Part shown: positions 47,162 through 49,710 of the stretch, piece by piece | How positions within the stretch are numbered: the first letter of the stretch is position 1 | Layout of the letters: each line of letters starts with the position of its first letter | Source of the DNA: Candidatus Nomurabacteria bacterium UBA5155 | GTDB lineage: Bacteria > Patescibacteriota > Minisyncoccia > Phycocordibacterales > UBA9973 | Length of the DNA stretch: 49,710 nucleotides | Direction of reading: 5' to 3' | Assembly: GCA_002413705.1 (NCBI GenBank) | Contig: DHXN01000008.1 | Coordinates: 16,576-66,285 of the forward strand | The notes under the pieces: model-generated | The model's database searches: none | Seen by the model: the letters and a program-made list of their open reading frames with translations, nothing else | What the model was told of the DNA's origin: nothing | Program-made: the position numbers and the translations under genes

Positions 47162-47193
47162 AAAGCTCCCAATGTTTGGGAGCTTTATTTTTT
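47162..47193 (+). terminator. rho-independent terminator
   Basis: AAAGCTCCCAA-tgt-TTGGGAGCTTT followed by ATTTTTT. Confidence 0.8.
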
Positions 47194-47318
47194 ATACAAA
47201 GCAGGAATAACAGGGTTGGAATAAACATTCCTAGGCTAATGCCTGTGAGACCATAGATATTAAGCTTTTTCAGTATGCTATACTTTTGAAGTTAGTAGTT
47301 AAGATTGAATGAAAATAT

Positions 47319-47564
47319 ATGTATTATTTTGACCCTATAGTTATGGTATTTCATCTCCTCGGATGGATTTTGGTAGTGTGGTTTATTATTTGGCTATTGC
47401 GCAAGGCTCGATATCATCGTCATCACCATATGTGGTGCGATGGTCAGAACTGCAATCATCCAATACATAGCAACCGCGCGCTTGATCTGTTGAAGGAGCG
47501 TTTCGCAAAAGGAGAGATCAACAAGGAAGAGTACGAAGAAAAGAAGAAGGTACTTAGTGCTTGA
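47319..47564 (+). CDS. SHOCT-domain small membrane protein
   Basis: N-terminal TM helix, a His-rich linker, and C-terminal LDLLKERFAKGEINKEEYEEKKKVL (SHOCT). Confidence 0.75.
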   Translation: MYYFDPIVMVFHLLGWILVVWFIIWLLRKARYHRHHHMWCDGQNCNHPIHSNRALDLLKERFAKGEINKEEYEEKKKVLSA

Positions 47565-47589
47565 CAATAAAAAGCAATAGTGTTATCAT
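47561..47589 (+). promoter_or_regulatory. sigma70-like promoter for the helicase gene
   Basis: TTGACA, exactly 17 nt, then TATCAT. It overlaps the upstream stop codon. Confidence 0.55.
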
Positions 47590-47662
47590 TCTGACATTAC
47601 TATACGTATTGTGTTATTGACTATCTGAGTCTGAATGACACAGTAATAGAAAATAATATAAT

Positions 47663-49045
47663 ATGAATACATCAAACGCCGTTCGCGGCAACAACTCTTC
47701 GGCTCGCCGGAGTTTTAACGGAGGCGGCTCTCGTTCAGAGAGTTCCAGTAGTCGTGGCCCACGTACAGCATCAGCTGGTGGGGCATCTTCTGCACCTCGT
47801 ACAAATTACGCTTCACGCGGCAGCTTCAGTGGAGCTCGCAGTTCCGGGTCATCATTCGGTGGTGGTTCTCGCGGTGGCTTCTCAGGTGGTTCACGTGGTG
47901 GATTTTCCGGTGGCGGCCGTCCAAAAGGACGCTCATTCAAAGGTGACAATATCGACACTTCACGATTTATCAATCGTGCTACAGCAGTAGAAGAAGTGGC
48001 ACATGTTGCCAAGCATACATTTGCTGATTTTAATGTACATCCTGCCCTTCAAGCCAATCTTGATGCCAAAGGATTCGTACAGCCTTCACCAATTCAAGAC
48101 CAGGCTATTCCGGTAGCACTCGAAGGTCGCGATGTTATTGGTATCGCTAATACTGGCACTGGTAAAACAGTAGCCTTTCTTATTCCTATCATCAACAAGT
48201 TGGTAAGCGATCGCAATCAAAATGTCATGATCCTTACTCCTACTCGAGAACTTGCACAGCAAATTGAAACAGAATTTCGTGCGTTGACTGCAAACATGAA
48301 ATTGTGGAGTGTCTGCGTGGTGGGAGGACTGCCAATCATGCGTCAGATTCGCTCGCTTGAAATGGGTGTGCATGCCGTGATCGGTACTCCTGGACGTGTC
48401 AAAGATCTTATCGCTCGCGGCAAGATCAACATGCCAAAATACAACACTATCGTGCTCGACGAAGCAGACCGTATGTTGGACATGGGATTCATCGACGACA
48501 TGAAAATGATTCTTGGCGGTATGCCAAAAGAACGACAGACATTGTTCTTCTCCGCGACATTTTCTCCAGATATCAAAGCACTTTGTTCTCAGTTTCTTAC
48601 TGACCCTGTAACAGTTGCGATCAAAACTCGTGATACTGCTGCAAACGTGGACCAAGACGTGATTCGTGTTGGACATGTTTCAGAAAAGATTGAAAAGCTT
48701 CATGAACTTCTTAACAAAGAAGAATTCAAGAAAGTATTGATCTTCCGCGAAACAAAGCATCACACTGACGAACTTGCAAAAGAACTTCGTGGCCGTGGCT
48801 TCGCAGTATCTGCATTGCACGGCGACATGCGTTCTCGCGAACGATCTCGTGCTGTTGAGTCTCTGACCAAAGGACAAATCCAAGTTGTGGTGGCAACCGA
48901 CGTTGCTGCTCGCGGTATTGATATTCCTGATATCACTCACGTGATCAACTACGATACTCCTTCAACCTACGATACTTATGTGCACCGTATCGGCCGTACT
49001 GGTCGCGGGGACAAGAAAGGTGTAGCACTGACTTTTGTTCGATAA
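47663..49045 (+). CDS. DEAD-box RNA helicase with about 95-aa N-terminal Ser/Gly/Arg-rich extension
   Basis: Q motif, ANTGTGKT, DEAD, SAT and HRIGRTGR. The N-terminus contains GGSRGGFSGGSRGGFSGGGRP. Confidence 0.9.
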   Translation: MNTSNAVRGNNSSARRSFNGGGSRSESSSSRGPRTASAGGASSAPRTNYASRGSFSGARSSGSSFGGGSRGGFSGGSRGGFSGGGRPKGRSFKGDNIDTSRFINRATAVEEVAHVAKHTFADFNVHPALQANLDAKGFVQPSPIQDQAIPVALEGRDVIGIANTGTGKTVAFLIPIINKLVSDRNQNVMILTPTRELAQQIETEFRALTANMKLWSVCVVGGLPIMRQIRSLEMGVHAVIGTPGRVKDLIARGKINMPKYNTIVLDEADRMLDMGFIDDMKMILGGMPKERQTLFFSATFSPDIKALCSQFLTDPVTVAIKTRDTAANVDQDVIRVGHVSEKIEKLHELLNKEEFKKVLIFRETKHHTDELAKELRGRGFAVSALHGDMRSRERSRAVESLTKGQIQVVVATDVAARGIDIPDITHVINYDTPSTYDTYVHRIGRTGRGDKKGVALTFVR

Positions 49046-49054
49046 TTGAAATAG

Positions 49055-49088
49055 AAAAAAGGCCACACCGTCAGGTGTGGCCTTTTTG
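49055..49088 (+). terminator. rho-independent terminator
   Basis: AAAAAAGGCCACACC-gtca-GGTGTGGCCTTTTT. Confidence 0.85.
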
Positions 49089-49203
49089 TTGAATTAATCT
49101 GTCTTTATGGTATCTTTTACAACAGGCGTTAGTGGTTGTAAGCAAAGCTTGCAACGGCTTCGCTCGGACAAAAAATGAGCAAGCTCTTTTTTGCTCCTCG
49201 CTC

Positions 49204-49279
49204 GCCGTTGTAGCTCATTTGGTAGAGCATGTCCATGGTAAGGACAAGGTAATCGGTTCGATCCCGATCAACGGCTCCA
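49204..49279 (+). tRNA. tRNA-Thr (GGU), CCA encoded
   Basis: Acceptor GCCGTTG/CAACGGC, anticodon arm TGTCC-ATGGTAA-GGACA, T arm ATCGG-TTCGATC-CCGAT, discriminator T, then CCA. Confidence 0.9.
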
Positions 49280-49379
49280 AAAAATAAAACCCTCATTACG
49301 AATAACGAGGGTTAGTACTAGCAAACTGTTCGTGCAAATAAGAAGGTCCGCTGCGACAGTGTGGGCTAGCAAGGTTTTA

Positions 49380-49710
49380 CTAAAGAAAATAATGTCCAAT
49401 TTCATTCCAACTTCTCAATCGATAATAAATTTCTTCAATGTGATCATTTACACCGAGCGGATCGAATAAATAGGAAGTAAGAACATCTTGCACCTTGAGT
49501 ATCTCACTGGCGCTATCATCTATAAATCCAACTTTATTTCCAGGAAAGTTTTTAATAAATTCTCTTTTAGAAATTTCATTATATTTTCCATCACCGAGAT
49601 GTTCCCACACGCAATGAATGCCATTGATGCAGCCTGGAATATGATTTTCAATCAAATGCTCAATAACACTCAGACCATCTTTCGGTCGCGCGGTCACTGT
49701 CCATAATTCA
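49380..49710 (-). CDS. hypothetical protein, possibly C-terminal part of a HAD-like hydrolase (open to window end)
   Basis: The frame stays open upstream of the GTG at 49697 to the window edge. VGFIDDS resembles HAD motif IV. The call is weak. Confidence 0.4.
   Translation of the reverse strand, partial: ELWTVTARPKDGLSVIEHLIENHIPGCINGIHCVWEHLGDGKYNEISKREFIKNFPGNKVGFIDDSASEILKVQDVLTSYLFDPLGVNDHIEEIYYRLRSWNEIGHYFL

Noticed and set aside
49130-49203. CAACGGCT, the 3' acceptor sequence of tRNA-Thr, together with a GGCGTTAGTGG segment and hairpins just upstream of tRNA-Thr. Considered as an att-like partial tRNA duplication or a tRNA minihelix.
   Set aside because: Only 8 nt are shared. The position, upstream of the tRNA, is wrong for an attR-type duplication. 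Simple leader pairing with the acceptor 5' strand, or chance, explains it as well.

Overview
This is a 49.7-kb window of moderate-to-low G+C bacterial chromosome, read by hand, so coordinates of RNA ends and motifs are good to a few nt. I call about 60 protein genes, 8 tRNAs and a tmRNA. I saw no rRNA, CRISPR array, transposase, integrase or reverse transcriptase. Full-length ftsH, recG, ligA, pilB and gatA ORFs show the standard genetic code, with UGA as stop.

Housekeeping blocks:
- infC-rpmI-rplT
- truB-like pseudouridine synthase
- smpB-ssrA next to ftsH
- recG
- asnB
- ligA-gatC-gatA
- a DEAD-box helicase

The largest functional unit is a DNA-uptake and type IV pilus locus at 26.9-41.1 kb. 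It runs radC, comFC, pilM, N-like, O-like, pilB, pilT, pilC, major pilin, pilD and four minor pilins, with no secretin.

The gene content suggests a Patescibacteria/CPR-like organism. That content is a secretin-less T4P with comFC/radC, an RRM protein, free-standing LAGLIDADI genes and start codons without Shine-Dalgarno. The taxon assignment is inference only.

Most interesting observations:
1. A tRNA-Ser with an ACU anticodon heads three equal-sized single-gene modules. Each module is closed by the same 29-nt box plus terminator, in a cassette-like layout, with no recombinase in view.
2. Two unrelated LAGLIDADI-type genes each run 10 nt into the downstream tRNA gene. Each uses tRNA nucleotides U8-A9-G10 as its TAG stop codon.
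3. The tRNA set is unusual: Ile-UAU, Ser-ACU in addition to Ser-GCU, and a CAU tRNA with a UGC T-loop.
4. A -10 hexamer sits exactly 6-7 nt before the ATG of at least seven genes, which implies leaderless mRNAs.
5. Two orphan genes lie inside the pilus operon, each with terminators (and one with a consensus promoter) of its own.
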